A stretch of 64,000 nucleotides of DNA from Patescibacteria group bacterium. GTDB lineage: Bacteria; Patescibacteriota; Microgenomatia; UBA8517. Shown piece by piece: positions 48,294-58,169 of the stretch. The position numbers and the translations under genes are program-made. Positions within the stretch are counted from its first letter, which is position 1. Each line of letters starts with the position of its first letter. The notes under the pieces were generated by a model. That model made no database searches. It saw only the letters and a program-made list of their open reading frames with translations, and was not told where the DNA came from. Location of the stretch: positions 66,569 to 130,568 of the forward strand of contig DATDRP010000001.1 of assembly GCA_035291665.1 (NCBI GenBank), given 5' to 3'.

Positions 48294-48491
48294 AAAAAAC
48301 CCCGATTAAATCGGGGTTATCGAGTCTGACTAATTAGGTTTTTCTCCACTAAAAAACCCACCGGTTTGGTGGGTTATTTTCAATCACAAATCCACCAACC
48401 GAGTCAGACCCGGCTGGTGTGATGAACCAAGATTAAAGTCATTGTTTTCATGATAAGTTGATATGATACTTCAGGGAGTAAATTAAGTCAA
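48294..48491 (-). promoter_or_regulatory. Leader-peptide attenuator with two intrinsic terminators
   Basis: TTGACT-17-TATCAT promoter; uORF 48451-48404 (MKTMTLILVHHTSRV*); two GC hairpins with U-tracts; alternative pairings. Confidence 0.75.
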
Positions 48492-48698
48492 ATTTGGTTT
48501 TTCGATTTTACTGACTCTTCCTTGCAGATCAATGATATCTTCATTAATTCTCATATGAGAAAATTGATGTACGGCATCGTTTTCCTGCATCTTCTTGAGC
48601 TCGCCAAGAAGTTCCACTTTGAGATCGGTCATTTCCGATTTAATATTTTTTTCCAACTCTTTAATGTCTCTCTTTGTAGCAATATCGTTTTTGATCAT
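48483..48698 (-). CDS. Small coiled-coil hypothetical protein
   Basis: IATKRDIKELE motif, heptad pattern. Confidence 0.55.
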   Translation of the reverse strand: MIKNDIATKRDIKELEKNIKSEMTDLKVELLGELKKMQENDAVHQFSHMRINEDIIDLQGRVSKIEKPNLT

Positions 48699-48730
48699 AT
48701 CAATATAATGCAGTCAATGGCCCGGTCCTG

Positions 48731-49741
48731 TCAATTCGCATTTACTGTATCTGCCTCAGGATAGGAGATGATGTGGAGCATGCGGATTATCAGATTTTCA
48801 TCAGTTACTCCATAAGTGAGAATTACGGTAGATCCAATTTCGATATCGGAAAAGATTGCCTTTTTGGGGTCATTGATATCACCGTCGGTAAACTTTGAGG
48901 ATTTGGATGTGGTGAGTTGATAAATCTTATCATCAGAAGAACGAAGGGAAATTGAAGATTTTCCGATATCATCAACAGTTCCGAGAATAACTTTGACGCT
49001 CTCAGGATTTTCAACTGATGTGACCAAGATCCGTAAAGTTACAAGAACATTTTTATCATCCAAATATCCAAGAGCCAAAATATAATCTCCGATTGCCAAA
49101 TCGGAGTATTTTATATTTTGGGATTTTGTTGTTAATTTCGAGAATGTTGTTTTTCCTTCGTCTATTGCAAGATACTTTATTTCCTGACCATCTGATTTCA
49201 TTTGAATTGAACCATTCGATATGTCGGTTATTGTTCCGCCAAAAAAGGTATATGCTTTTTTTGCATTTTCAAGCCGTTCGTCAACCGAGTTCTCATCACC
49301 ACCAGTGTCAACCTGTTTTGAAAACTCCGATGAATAAACTATTGCAACGGAAGTTTCCTGGTTTTCACCGGAATCTGAAAGGGAGTTGATCTTAATGATG
49401 TTTTTTGCGGGTTCCAGTTCAAATTCCAATTCGAACGAACCGTTATCGGTTTTTATGAATTCATCGTTTTCTCCATTTGTGGCAACGATATATGATCCTG
49501 AACGTGTCAATCCGGAGAAGACAACGGGATTGTCGATGACAACTTCATTATCTTGCGGTTTAATGAGTGTTAATCCACTGGTTTGAGTAAGCTTTTGAGT
49601 CTCGTTTGAAGCTGAATTATTGTTGGTTGATATACCGGCTGCAGATTCTTTGATTGCTTTATTAGCCCGTAAAAATCCTAATGCTACGACGGTACCGAAA
49701 GCAATTCCGAAAATAACGGCGAATATTATTTCTTTACGCAT
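48731..49741 (-). CDS. Membrane-anchored hypothetical protein with Ig-like and beta-barrel repeats
   Basis: MRKEIIFAVIFG TM; repeated GTITDI/GTVDDI and SDLAIGD/SDIEIGS units. Confidence 0.65.
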   Translation of the reverse strand: MRKEIIFAVIFGIAFGTVVALGFLRANKAIKESAAGISTNNNSASNETQKLTQTSGLTLIKPQDNEVVIDNPVVFSGLTRSGSYIVATNGENDEFIKTDNGSFELEFELEPAKNIIKINSLSDSGENQETSVAIVYSSEFSKQVDTGGDENSVDERLENAKKAYTFFGGTITDISNGSIQMKSDGQEIKYLAIDEGKTTFSKLTTKSQNIKYSDLAIGDYILALGYLDDKNVLVTLRILVTSVENPESVKVILGTVDDIGKSSISLRSSDDKIYQLTTSKSSKFTDGDINDPKKAIFSDIEIGSTVILTYGVTDENLIIRMLHIISYPEADTVNAN

Positions 49742-49941
49742 AATGCGGACTAGACAGTTTTTATGGGTTTTGATAAGGGGATTTTTCTACCTTAAGCGAA
49801 TCATATAAACCCTTTTTATATCAAGCCCAAAGGCAAATAAAACGCAGTCAGCTGTTAATATAGGCTACCCGACTTGATCTTGTCAAGTAAGGTAGACTTT
49901 GGTAGGATGCTTAATTAGGTAATAGGTAATTGGAGGGAGTT

Positions 49942-50592
49942 ATGGATATTTCATATTTAGGCCATTCATCGTTCAGGATTAAAACCAAAGATGTTGTAAT
50001 AGTTACAGATCCGTATGACCCTCAAATGGTGGGCTTGAAGTTTCCGAAGATTGAAGCTGATATCATTACAGTTTCTCACGACCACAAAGATCACAACAAC
50101 ACACCACTGGTAGCGGGAGCCAGGATGGTTGTAAATTCTCCGGGTGAGTACGAAATCCAGGGCGTTTCAATTATCGGTTTTGATTCTTACCACGATGATA
50201 AAAAGGGATCCGTCAGGGGGTCAAATACGATGTTTCTTATCGAGTGTGAGGGAGTTAAATTATTACATATGGGCGACCTCGGGCACTTACCAGATAAAAA
50301 GATATTTGAGTCGATGGGGGATATTGACGTTCTGATGATTCCGGTAGGCGGAACTTACACAATTGGTTCAAAAGAAGCATCGGAGATAGTTAAGGAATTG
50401 GAACCATCATTCATTCTTCCTATGCATTACAAAGTACCCGGATTGAAGGAAGAAACTTTCGGTACTCTTCAAAGTGTTGACGATTTCTTGAAAGAATGCG
50501 GTTATGATACCGAAAATTTGGATAAACTGAGTTTCAAAAAAGAGCTTATTGACCCCGAAGTAACAAAAGTTATAGTTCTAAATAAGAAGTAA
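49942..50592 (+). CDS. MBL-fold metallo-hydrolase
   Basis: LGHSSF, TDPY, SHDHKDH, HMGDLG, PMHY. Confidence 0.9.
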   Translation: MDISYLGHSSFRIKTKDVVIVTDPYDPQMVGLKFPKIEADIITVSHDHKDHNNTPLVAGARMVVNSPGEYEIQGVSIIGFDSYHDDKKGSVRGSNTMFLIECEGVKLLHMGDLGHLPDKKIFESMGDIDVLMIPVGGTYTIGSKEASEIVKELEPSFILPMHYKVPGLKEETFGTLQSVDDFLKECGYDTENLDKLSFKKELIDPEVTKVIVLNKK

Positions 50593-50620
50593 ACTAGCGC
50601 TGCCCTCATAAAGAAAAGAA

Positions 50621-51958
50621 ATGGCCGATGGATCTTTGGATTCAAAAAATATTAAAGTTCCGCCTCATTCCGTTGAAGCAGAATTGTCCGTCCTCGGAGC
50701 TATGCTCATCGACAAGGATTCTGTGATAACAATTGCGGAATTTTTAAAATCGAACGACTTTTACGATAACCGCCATAGCGAAATCTATAAAGCGATGCTT
50801 GATTTATATGAGGAGAGAGTACCGATTGATATTTTGACCGTTTCCGAAAAATTAAAAAAGCAAAAATCTTTAAAGAGAATAGGCGGAAGTGCGTATCTTG
50901 CGGAGTTGGCAAACTCCGTTCCGACGGCTGCTCATGTTGAACATTACGGAAGAATTGTCAAAAACCTTTCGACAAAAAGGTATCTCCTTAATTCAGCTTC
51001 GAGAATTGCGGAAATGTCATTTGATGAGGGTTTAAGTTCTGACGAGATATTGGATAAAGCGGAAGGAGAGATATTTTCCCTGACGCAAAGCAATCTTGCA
51101 AAATCTTTCACATCTGTAAGAGAAGCCCTCGAAGAAAGTTTTGACCGTCTTGACGAGCTTCATAACCGGTCAGACGGTCTTAGGGGGATCCCGACCGGCT
51201 TTAAGGATCTGGATGATACACTGGCAGGATTTCAACCCTCAAATCTGATTATTTTGGCTGCGCGGCCTGGTGTTGGTAAAACGGCATTGGCACTCAACAT
51301 TTCTCAGATTGTTGCTGTTAAATATCAAAAAAAAGTTGGTTATTTCTCGCTCGAGATGAGCAAAGAAGAGCTTGTCGACCGTCTTTTGGTTGCTCAAGCA
51401 GATATTGATGCCTGGAAACTTAAAACCGGAAAATTATCAGAGACCGATTTTACTTCATTATCAAATGCCATGGGAGAACTGGCAGAAGCTCCGATTTATA
51501 TCGATGACACTCCCGCACTTTCAATTCTGGAGATGAGGTCCAAAGCAAGGCGACTTCAGGTTGAAAAGGGGTTGGATTTGATTGTTGTTGATTACTTACA
51601 ACTTGCAAGATCGCGTCAGCTTGAAAACCGAGTCCAGGAAGTTTCTGAAATTTCCCAAGGTCTTAAAAATTTAGCCCGTGAACTCAAAGTCCCGGTTATG
51701 GCTCTTTCACAGTTATCCCGGGCAGTTGAATCCCGGGGTGGGCCCAAAAAACCCCAGCTTGCAGACCTTAGGGAATCGGGCAGCATCGAACAGGATGCAG
51801 ATGTTGTAATCTTTTTATGGCGTGAGGATGATGATAACTTTGAAAATATCCAGCTGGATATTGCCAAACACAGAAACGGACCTCTGGCAACAGTGAAGCT
51901 CTTCTTCAGAGGGGACCGGATTAAGTTTTACGGCCGCGATACGAAACGTAGTTCGTGA
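50621..51958 (+). CDS. dnaB: Replicative DNA helicase
   Basis: PPHSVEAE, AARPGVGKT, FSLEM, VDYLQL, SQLSR, DLRESGSIEQDAD, AKHRNG. Confidence 0.98.
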   Translation: MADGSLDSKNIKVPPHSVEAELSVLGAMLIDKDSVITIAEFLKSNDFYDNRHSEIYKAMLDLYEERVPIDILTVSEKLKKQKSLKRIGGSAYLAELANSVPTAAHVEHYGRIVKNLSTKRYLLNSASRIAEMSFDEGLSSDEILDKAEGEIFSLTQSNLAKSFTSVREALEESFDRLDELHNRSDGLRGIPTGFKDLDDTLAGFQPSNLIILAARPGVGKTALALNISQIVAVKYQKKVGYFSLEMSKEELVDRLLVAQADIDAWKLKTGKLSETDFTSLSNAMGELAEAPIYIDDTPALSILEMRSKARRLQVEKGLDLIVVDYLQLARSRQLENRVQEVSEISQGLKNLARELKVPVMALSQLSRAVESRGGPKKPQLADLRESGSIEQDADVVIFLWREDDDNFENIQLDIAKHRNGPLATVKLFFRGDRIKFYGRDTKRSS

Positions 51959-52148
51959 GTGGACACAAGGTTCTTTGGAAAAGGTTCTTACGGGAGAGAT
52001 ACAAAACGAAGTTCGTAAACGGATATTTAGTAACTTACAGTAATACACTATTGTGGTAATTGTTTCTACATCGGTAAACTTAAGTAGCTGACAATAAGGT
52101 GAATTTTCCAGTATAATTCTCTGGAATTTGTTAAAATATAAGTAATAA

Positions 52149-52233
52149 GCCGAGGTGGCGGAATGGCAGACGCGCAGGTCTCAAAAACCTGTGAGCCTTA
52201 AAGCTCGTGGAGGTTCGACTCCTCTCCTCGGCA
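52149..52233 (+). tRNA. tRNA-Leu (CAA)
   Basis: GCCGAGG/CCTCGGC acceptor stem, CAGGT-ctCAAaa-ACCTG anticodon arm, long variable arm, GGTTCGACT T-loop. Confidence 0.95.
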
Positions 52234-52250
52234 CTTGTTAAATAAAAAAT

Positions 52251-53360
52251 ATGGATGACAATCGAATACAAAAAGTTGCGGATATTTTGGTGAATTACAG
52301 CCTCAAGGTAAAAAAAGGAGAAAATGTAATTCTTGCTTCCGATATTGAAGGTAAGCCATTAGCGCTGGAGGTATATAAACTCCTTGTTCAGAACGGTGCG
52401 GGTGAGATCAGGCTGAAGTTGGGAAGCTATGAGTTTGATGAAGCATTTTTCAAATATGCGACCACCGAACAGCTTAAGAACTTCCCCAAAATTTCGGATT
52501 TCGAAACCAAAAATACGGATTGCGTAATCAGGATATCTGCACCAACCAATACCAGAGCGTTAAGCAGTATTGATCAATCAAAGATTGCGCTATATTCAAA
52601 AACTACACAGTCAATCCAAGATTACAGGGTTGAGAAAACTCGCTGGGTGATAACGCAATATCCAACAAACGCCCAAGCCCAAGAAGCCGATATGTCTTTG
52701 GACGAATACCAAGGATTTGTTTTTAAGGCGATAACCGATGTAGATTGGCAAAAGATGTTCAAAGAGCAGGAAACCTTGCGAAATCTTTTGGATCAAACGA
52801 AAATTGTTAAAATTAAGGCTGATATGACAGATCTTACGCTTGATATAACCGGACGTAAGGCTGAAAATGCAGGCGGGGAGTTTAATATGCCCGACGGAGA
52901 AGTGTTTACGTCTGTTATTGAAAATAGCGCCGATGGTTATATCACATATTCATATCCGGCTTTGTTTCACGGACGGGAATTTCAAAATGTCCGGCTTGAA
53001 TTTAAGAAAGGAAAAGTTGTTAAAGCTTTGGCTGACAAGAATGAAAAAGATTTGAACAGTATTCTTGATACAGATAGCGGCGGCAGATTTATTGGGGAAC
53101 TGGGAATCGGTAACAATTTTGCCATAAAAAAGTTTACCAAAAATATCTTGTTTGATGAGAAAATTGGTGGTAGTATACACATCGCGCTTGGTCGGGGATA
53201 CAAAAAAACACTTAGCAAAAATATTTCAGCGATTCACTGGGATATGATTAAAGATTTACGCGTACCCGCCTCCGCTGAAGCTTCGGCGAGGCAAGGTGGG
53301 GAATTGTGGTTTGATGATAAATTAGTCCAGAAAGACGGAAAATGGATGATTAAGATGTAA
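52251..53360 (+). CDS. M29 family aminopeptidase (AmpS/AmpT)
   Basis: NMPDGEVFT, GELGIG, LFDEKIGGSIHIALG, SAIHWDMI. Confidence 0.92.
   Translation: MDDNRIQKVADILVNYSLKVKKGENVILASDIEGKPLALEVYKLLVQNGAGEIRLKLGSYEFDEAFFKYATTEQLKNFPKISDFETKNTDCVIRISAPTNTRALSSIDQSKIALYSKTTQSIQDYRVEKTRWVITQYPTNAQAQEADMSLDEYQGFVFKAITDVDWQKMFKEQETLRNLLDQTKIVKIKADMTDLTLDITGRKAENAGGEFNMPDGEVFTSVIENSADGYITYSYPALFHGREFQNVRLEFKKGKVVKALADKNEKDLNSILDTDSGGRFIGELGIGNNFAIKKFTKNILFDEKIGGSIHIALGRGYKKTLSKNISAIHWDMIKDLRVPASAEASARQGGELWFDDKLVQKDGKWMIKM
53265..53295. repeat. 31-nt palindromic element inside the aminopeptidase CDS
   Basis: CCCGCCTCCGCTGAAGCTTCGGCGAGGCAAG, encoding PASAEASARQ. Confidence 0.75.
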
Positions 53361-53470
53361 GCGATGAGGAATTGGATGTGAGTGTGAGAAGTGGTAATAA
53401 TCCAAATGGAAATTAATGAATTGAACAATTTATTAGAAATAAAAAATTAAGAATTAGAAATTTAATAGAA

Positions 53471-54031
53471 ATGATTAATGTAACTGATTTGCGTGCCGGG
53501 ACAACCTTCAAATTTGAGGGAGCTCCATTTGTGGTTCTGAAGTACGAACACGTCAAAATGGGAAGGGGTTCAGCGACGATAAGAGTAAAAATTAAAAATC
53601 TTGAAACAGGGACTGTTCTGGAACATTCTTTCATCAATTCGGCAAAAGTTGAACCGATTTCAACATTGAGAAAAAAGCTTCAATATTTATATGGAGATGG
53701 AACTAATTATACTTTTATGGATCCGATATCTTTTGATCAGGTCGATCTTTCAAGAAGTGTTATAGCCGATGCAATAAATTATATTAAAGAGGGGGAAAGC
53801 GTTAATATTCTCTTCTGGGACGAAAAGCCTTTATGGGTGGAATTGCCTCCCAAGATGGAATTTAAAATAAAAGACACACCTCCCGGAATTAAGGGGAATT
53901 CTGCCAGCAACATGTACAAAGATGCAGTTTTGGAGAACGGGATTTCCGTCCGGGTACCTTTATTTATTAATATCGGAGATAAGATTCGAGTGGATACGAG
54001 ATCCGGTGAATATGTTGAGAGAGTGAAATAA
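53471..54031 (+). CDS. efp: Elongation factor P
   Basis: HVKMGRG loop, QYLY, PGIKGNSA, VPLFI, VDTR, YVER. Confidence 0.96.
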   Translation: MINVTDLRAGTTFKFEGAPFVVLKYEHVKMGRGSATIRVKIKNLETGTVLEHSFINSAKVEPISTLRKKLQYLYGDGTNYTFMDPISFDQVDLSRSVIADAINYIKEGESVNILFWDEKPLWVELPPKMEFKIKDTPPGIKGNSASNMYKDAVLENGISVRVPLFINIGDKIRVDTRSGEYVERVK

Positions 54032-54056
54032 AAAAAGACTAATTCGACAATCAGCT

Positions 54057-54518
54057 TCAGCTAAAAATCCAAATTACTGCTGCAACTACCACCAGGAATT
54101 GTGTAAGAACCCCCCAATAAATATTAGTATTGTTCTGATGCTTGCGCTGGAAGCCAAGCCAAGATTTGATCCAGTATTGGTCGAAGTTGAGAAAGAAAAA
54201 TGGTGCTTCAATTAAATCCGGAAGGACCGCAAAAAATGCCCCCAACATTACAAAAGTAAAAGATTCGATATCAGGCAATTTCATCATTGCAATTGACGTG
54301 CCGAAGATAAGTGCAGCCGTGGAATCAATTATAATGATTTTTAAATCTCTGGTAAAAGGACGGCTGAGTTTTTTTGTTTTGTCTCCAAGGTGCGGGTTCC
54401 AATGGGGGATTTCATCGAGTATAAAGTGACTTAAGAAAGCTGCCGGAAGAGATATCCAAGGATTACCGATTTTGTACACCAGCGCTGCCCCTACGATTGC
54501 ATGAGGTAATTCGAGCAT
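54057..54518 (-). CDS. Membrane hypothetical protein (possible metal-dependent hydrolase)
   Basis: PHAIVG, SHFILDEIPH, LPD motifs with TM helices. Confidence 0.65.
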   Translation of the reverse strand: MLELPHAIVGAALVYKIGNPWISLPAAFLSHFILDEIPHWNPHLGDKTKKLSRPFTRDLKIIIIDSTAALIFGTSIAMMKLPDIESFTFVMLGAFFAVLPDLIEAPFFFLNFDQYWIKSWLGFQRKHQNNTNIYWGVLTQFLVVVAAVIWIFS

Positions 54519-54604
54519 AAAAATAATCTTAATCCAGTCATATTTAGAAAGTCAAATGGGGTAACATTTATGGATAAGTATAATTACGTAGTAAAATATA
54601 TCTC

Positions 54605-55207
54605 GTGAATAATTATTTTCTGGGAATTATATTACAGCCTATCGGAATTGTAGTATTTTTATATATAACTTGGAGGAGATTGAAAGAGGATTATCTCTCC
54701 AGTCAGATATTCAATCTTCTGTTTACGAACATATTAATAATATTAGCCTCAATTATCGTAACTAATTATTTTTTGCGTGATTATATTTTCTGGGCATTTT
54801 TGATTGGTTTTTTGATAGGAAGCGTTTTCGCTTCGATAAAGTTCGGTCTGAAATTTATTGAAGTTATTGAAGCAGAAGTATTTGCAATTCTGTTTTATTT
54901 TACAATCATATTTTTAAGATTTATACCCTTGGGAAGTGTGAACGAATTACTTTTGTTGGCGACTTTTGTACTTCTTATTCCTATATTTATTATGGTAGAA
55001 AGGAATTATAAAAATTTTGCCTGGTACAGATCAGGAAGAAGAGGATTTACATCGATGTTTATAATTGGCCTTTTTTTTCTGATAAGATCTTTGATTGCAC
55101 TGATAAATCCAAGTATGGTATTCTTGTTACTAGATTATGACCCTATCATATCTGGTATAATTTCCTTTGTATCATTTTCAATAATATTTTATTTGGGGAG
55201 AAAGTAA
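54605..55207 (+). CDS. Polytopic membrane hypothetical protein
   Basis: Multiple TM segments, FAWYRSGRRGF loop. Confidence 0.6.
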   Translation: MNNYFLGIILQPIGIVVFLYITWRRLKEDYLSSQIFNLLFTNILIILASIIVTNYFLRDYIFWAFLIGFLIGSVFASIKFGLKFIEVIEAEVFAILFYFTIIFLRFIPLGSVNELLLLATFVLLIPIFIMVERNYKNFAWYRSGRRGFTSMFIIGLFFLIRSLIALINPSMVFLLLDYDPIISGIISFVSFSIIFYLGRK

Positions 55208-55211
55208 TTAT

Positions 55212-55619
55212 ATGTCAATAAAGAAAACATCAGGTAAAGCAAAAAGATCATCGGGGGTACTGACAATTCCTTCAAAACTACTTGACCCGGTTGCCAAATT
55301 CTTGAAATCAAGCTTAAAAAATCTTGAAAACAGAAAAAAGACCATTTCGAAGGAAGACCCTTTCAAAAACACCTCCAGATTATCCGACAACGCTTCACCT
55401 GATGCTGATGCTGAAGAACAGTTCGGTCACGCGAGAACATCAGCAATAAAAGAGCAACTCGATAAAAAAATAATTCAGACTAAAAAGGCTTTATCCATGA
55501 TAAAGATAGGGAGATACGGTATTTGCGAAGATTGTAAAAAATTTATTGATACAGACAGATTGATGGCATACCCGGAAGCAACGTATTGTGCTTCATGTCA
55601 AGCGAAAAGAGAAAAATAA
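55212..55619 (+). CDS. TraR/DksA C4-type zinc finger protein
   Basis: YGICEDC...RLMAYPEATYCASC. Confidence 0.88.
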   Translation: MSIKKTSGKAKRSSGVLTIPSKLLDPVAKFLKSSLKNLENRKKTISKEDPFKNTSRLSDNASPDADAEEQFGHARTSAIKEQLDKKIIQTKKALSMIKIGRYGICEDCKKFIDTDRLMAYPEATYCASCQAKREK

Positions 55620-55666
55620 ATATAGGAAAAAATTTTAAAACTAGTGAGATATAATTCTTCTTGGAC

Positions 55667-56425
55667 ATGTCTAATCCTCAAATTATATACAAAGATACAG
55701 ACTTGATAATTATAGATAAACCAAGCGGATGGGTTGTGAATAGGGCAGAAAGCGTTAAGGTTCCGACTGTTCAGGATTGGTTGGATAGCGAATTGGATTT
55801 TAAAAAAGAGGTTGGTGAATCAAAAAATCTTAAAAATAATCCGGCGGATGATTTTACGGGAAGAAGCGGAATAGTCCATAGGATTGATAAGGAGACAAGC
55901 GGACTTTTGCTAATCGCCAGAAATGAAAATTCTTTTAAAAAACTTCAAGATCAATTTGCGAAGCGTATCGTAGAAAAAACTTATATCTGTTTAGTTCACG
56001 GCAAGCTTGATATGCCGGAAGGAATAATCGACGCCCCTGTCGGCAGACTTCCATGGAATAGGGAGAGATTCGGAGTTTTACCCGGAGGGAGGAATGCGTT
56101 AACCCGCTATAAACTCATTAGAGAATATATACGTGAGAAAGAATATTTTAGTCTTCTGGAGATTTACCCAAAAACGGGGAGAACTCATCAGATCAGGATA
56201 CATATGAAGCATCTGGGTCATCCAATTGTATCAGATACATTTTATGCAGGTCGAAAAACAGCAAGAAATGATCGGCAATGGTGTGGAAGAATATTTTTAC
56301 ATGCTGCAAAAATTACTTTTATACAGCCAACGAAAGAAAAACAGATCATAATTAGTACTCCATTACCTGTTGACCTTTCTCAGGTTATAAAAAACCTAAA
56401 AGTAGTGCCTTTACAGCCTCGTTAA
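55667..56425 (+). CDS. RluA family pseudouridine synthase
   Basis: IDKPSG, VHRIDKETSG, TGRTHQIR, FLHA. Confidence 0.93.
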   Translation: MSNPQIIYKDTDLIIIDKPSGWVVNRAESVKVPTVQDWLDSELDFKKEVGESKNLKNNPADDFTGRSGIVHRIDKETSGLLLIARNENSFKKLQDQFAKRIVEKTYICLVHGKLDMPEGIIDAPVGRLPWNRERFGVLPGGRNALTRYKLIREYIREKEYFSLLEIYPKTGRTHQIRIHMKHLGHPIVSDTFYAGRKTARNDRQWCGRIFLHAAKITFIQPTKEKQIIISTPLPVDLSQVIKNLKVVPLQPR

Positions 56426-56457
56426 AGGCAGTGTAAACTTAAAGCTGTTCTAGCCAT

Positions 56458-58131
56458 ATGGATTTTTATAATATAGCTCTTGGATTGGTTGTTGCTGCAG
56501 CTTTCGGGTACTTAGCCAAGGTCCTCAAACAGCCACTTTTGGTCGGATATCTGTTTGCAGGAATTTTTATAGGATTAACAAGATTTCTTGGAAATTCACA
56601 CTCATTTGATGAGTTGGGTAAAATCGGAATTACACTTCTTTTATTTCTTCTTGGATTGGAAATGAATTTGAAAGAACTTCCAACAATAGGTAAAGCTGCT
56701 TTTATGACAGCTATTGGTCAAATAATTCTGACAACTTCGCTGGGAATGATATTGGCAATAATATTGGGATATTCGGTTATAGGCTCTTTATATATCGGAA
56801 TCGCGCTCTCATTTTCTTCAACAATTATTATTGTAAAATTGCTCTCCGATAAAAGTGATTTGGGAAGTTTACACGGAAGATTGTCTGTGGGTTTACTATT
56901 GGTTCAGGATTTTGTAGCTATAGGAGTGTTAATAGTTCTGACAGCGATAGGGGATGGCGCTTCCGGATTTTATCCGATTTTAGTAATTTTACTGAAAATG
57001 GTATTTCTAATTGTGTCGGTTTATTTTCTATCTAAAAAATTAATAGTTATTATTTTTGAAAAATACTTTTCCCAACCTGTGGAGTTATTGTTTGTTGTCA
57101 GCATTGCCTGGGCATTGGGAATAGCTGCATTTGTTGGGGGTCCTTTTGGTTTGACGATTGAAATCGGCGGCTTTCTTGCAGGATTGGCTTTGTCGAATTT
57201 ACCGGAGCATCTTCAAATAGTTTCGAAAGCAAAACCACTTCGGGACTTTTTCGTAATCCTGTTTTTCCTATTTCTCGGAACACAGTTCGTTTCAGCATCC
57301 CAAATATGGGCGATTATACCCAAAGCTTTAATATTCTCCATATTTGTCTTGATTGCAGATCCGATAGCGGTTTTATTACTCCTTGGTTTATTCGGTTATA
57401 AGAAAAAAACATCATTTCTGACAGGTATTACGGTAGCTCAAATATCTGAATTTTCGTTTATTATCATGGCTGCAGGAGTAACGCTTGGGATTGTAACTTC
57501 ATCGGATGCAACAATGATGTATCTTGTGGGTATATTTACGATGACTTTATCCACCTATCTGATTATGAATTCAGAAAAATTATATCTTAAACTGAAAAAA
57601 TATCTTAATGTTTTTGAAAAGGAACATTCTCTGGAAATATCATCAAAAAGTACTGTTTCCGGACTCAAAAATCACATCGTTCTGATCGGCTGCGACAGAA
57701 CGGGAACTTCAATTCACAAATATCTAGATAGGAAAAGTATTCAACATCTGATTGCAGATATTAATCCTTCGGTTATTTCAAGATTGTCAGGTGAAAAAGC
57801 GAATATAATTTTTGGCGATGTGGAGGATCTTGATATCTTGTCTGAAATGAGATTACCCCAAGCAAAGATGATGATTTCTACTGTCAATGTGTTGGATACA
57901 AATTTGGTAGTACTTAATTACTTAAAAACGGAAGGTATTAAAATAATAAAAATAGTAAAGGCTCTTAATAAACACGATGCTTTACAACTTTATGATGCCG
58001 GTGCGGATTATGTAATAGTACCTGAAATTGCAGCCGGTGACCATTTGAAGCATTTACTAATGCACTACGATTACAATTCTGCAAAATATGCCAAATTAGG
58101 CAAATTAAATTATGCGGGTATGATTAAATAA
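56458..58131 (+). CDS. CPA2 cation:proton antiporter with C-terminal KTN/RCK domain
   Basis: FLLGLE, FSST, LLVQD, FLAG, LRDFF, QISEF; KTN domain with AGADYVI. Confidence 0.9.
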   Translation: MDFYNIALGLVVAAAFGYLAKVLKQPLLVGYLFAGIFIGLTRFLGNSHSFDELGKIGITLLLFLLGLEMNLKELPTIGKAAFMTAIGQIILTTSLGMILAIILGYSVIGSLYIGIALSFSSTIIIVKLLSDKSDLGSLHGRLSVGLLLVQDFVAIGVLIVLTAIGDGASGFYPILVILLKMVFLIVSVYFLSKKLIVIIFEKYFSQPVELLFVVSIAWALGIAAFVGGPFGLTIEIGGFLAGLALSNLPEHLQIVSKAKPLRDFFVILFFLFLGTQFVSASQIWAIIPKALIFSIFVLIADPIAVLLLLGLFGYKKKTSFLTGITVAQISEFSFIIMAAGVTLGIVTSSDATMMYLVGIFTMTLSTYLIMNSEKLYLKLKKYLNVFEKEHSLEISSKSTVSGLKNHIVLIGCDRTGTSIHKYLDRKSIQHLIADINPSVISRLSGEKANIIFGDVEDLDILSEMRLPQAKMMISTVNVLDTNLVVLNYLKTEGIKIIKIVKALNKHDALQLYDAGADYVIVPEIAAGDHLKHLLMHYDYNSAKYAKLGKLNYAGMIK

Positions 58132-58169
58132 TAGTATTAAATTAATTTTTTCACTTAATAAACAAAATA

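Noticed and set aside
52149-52260. tRNA-Leu as an island integration site
   Set aside because: No duplicated tRNA 3' end or adjacent integrase noticed, and the flanking genes are housekeeping
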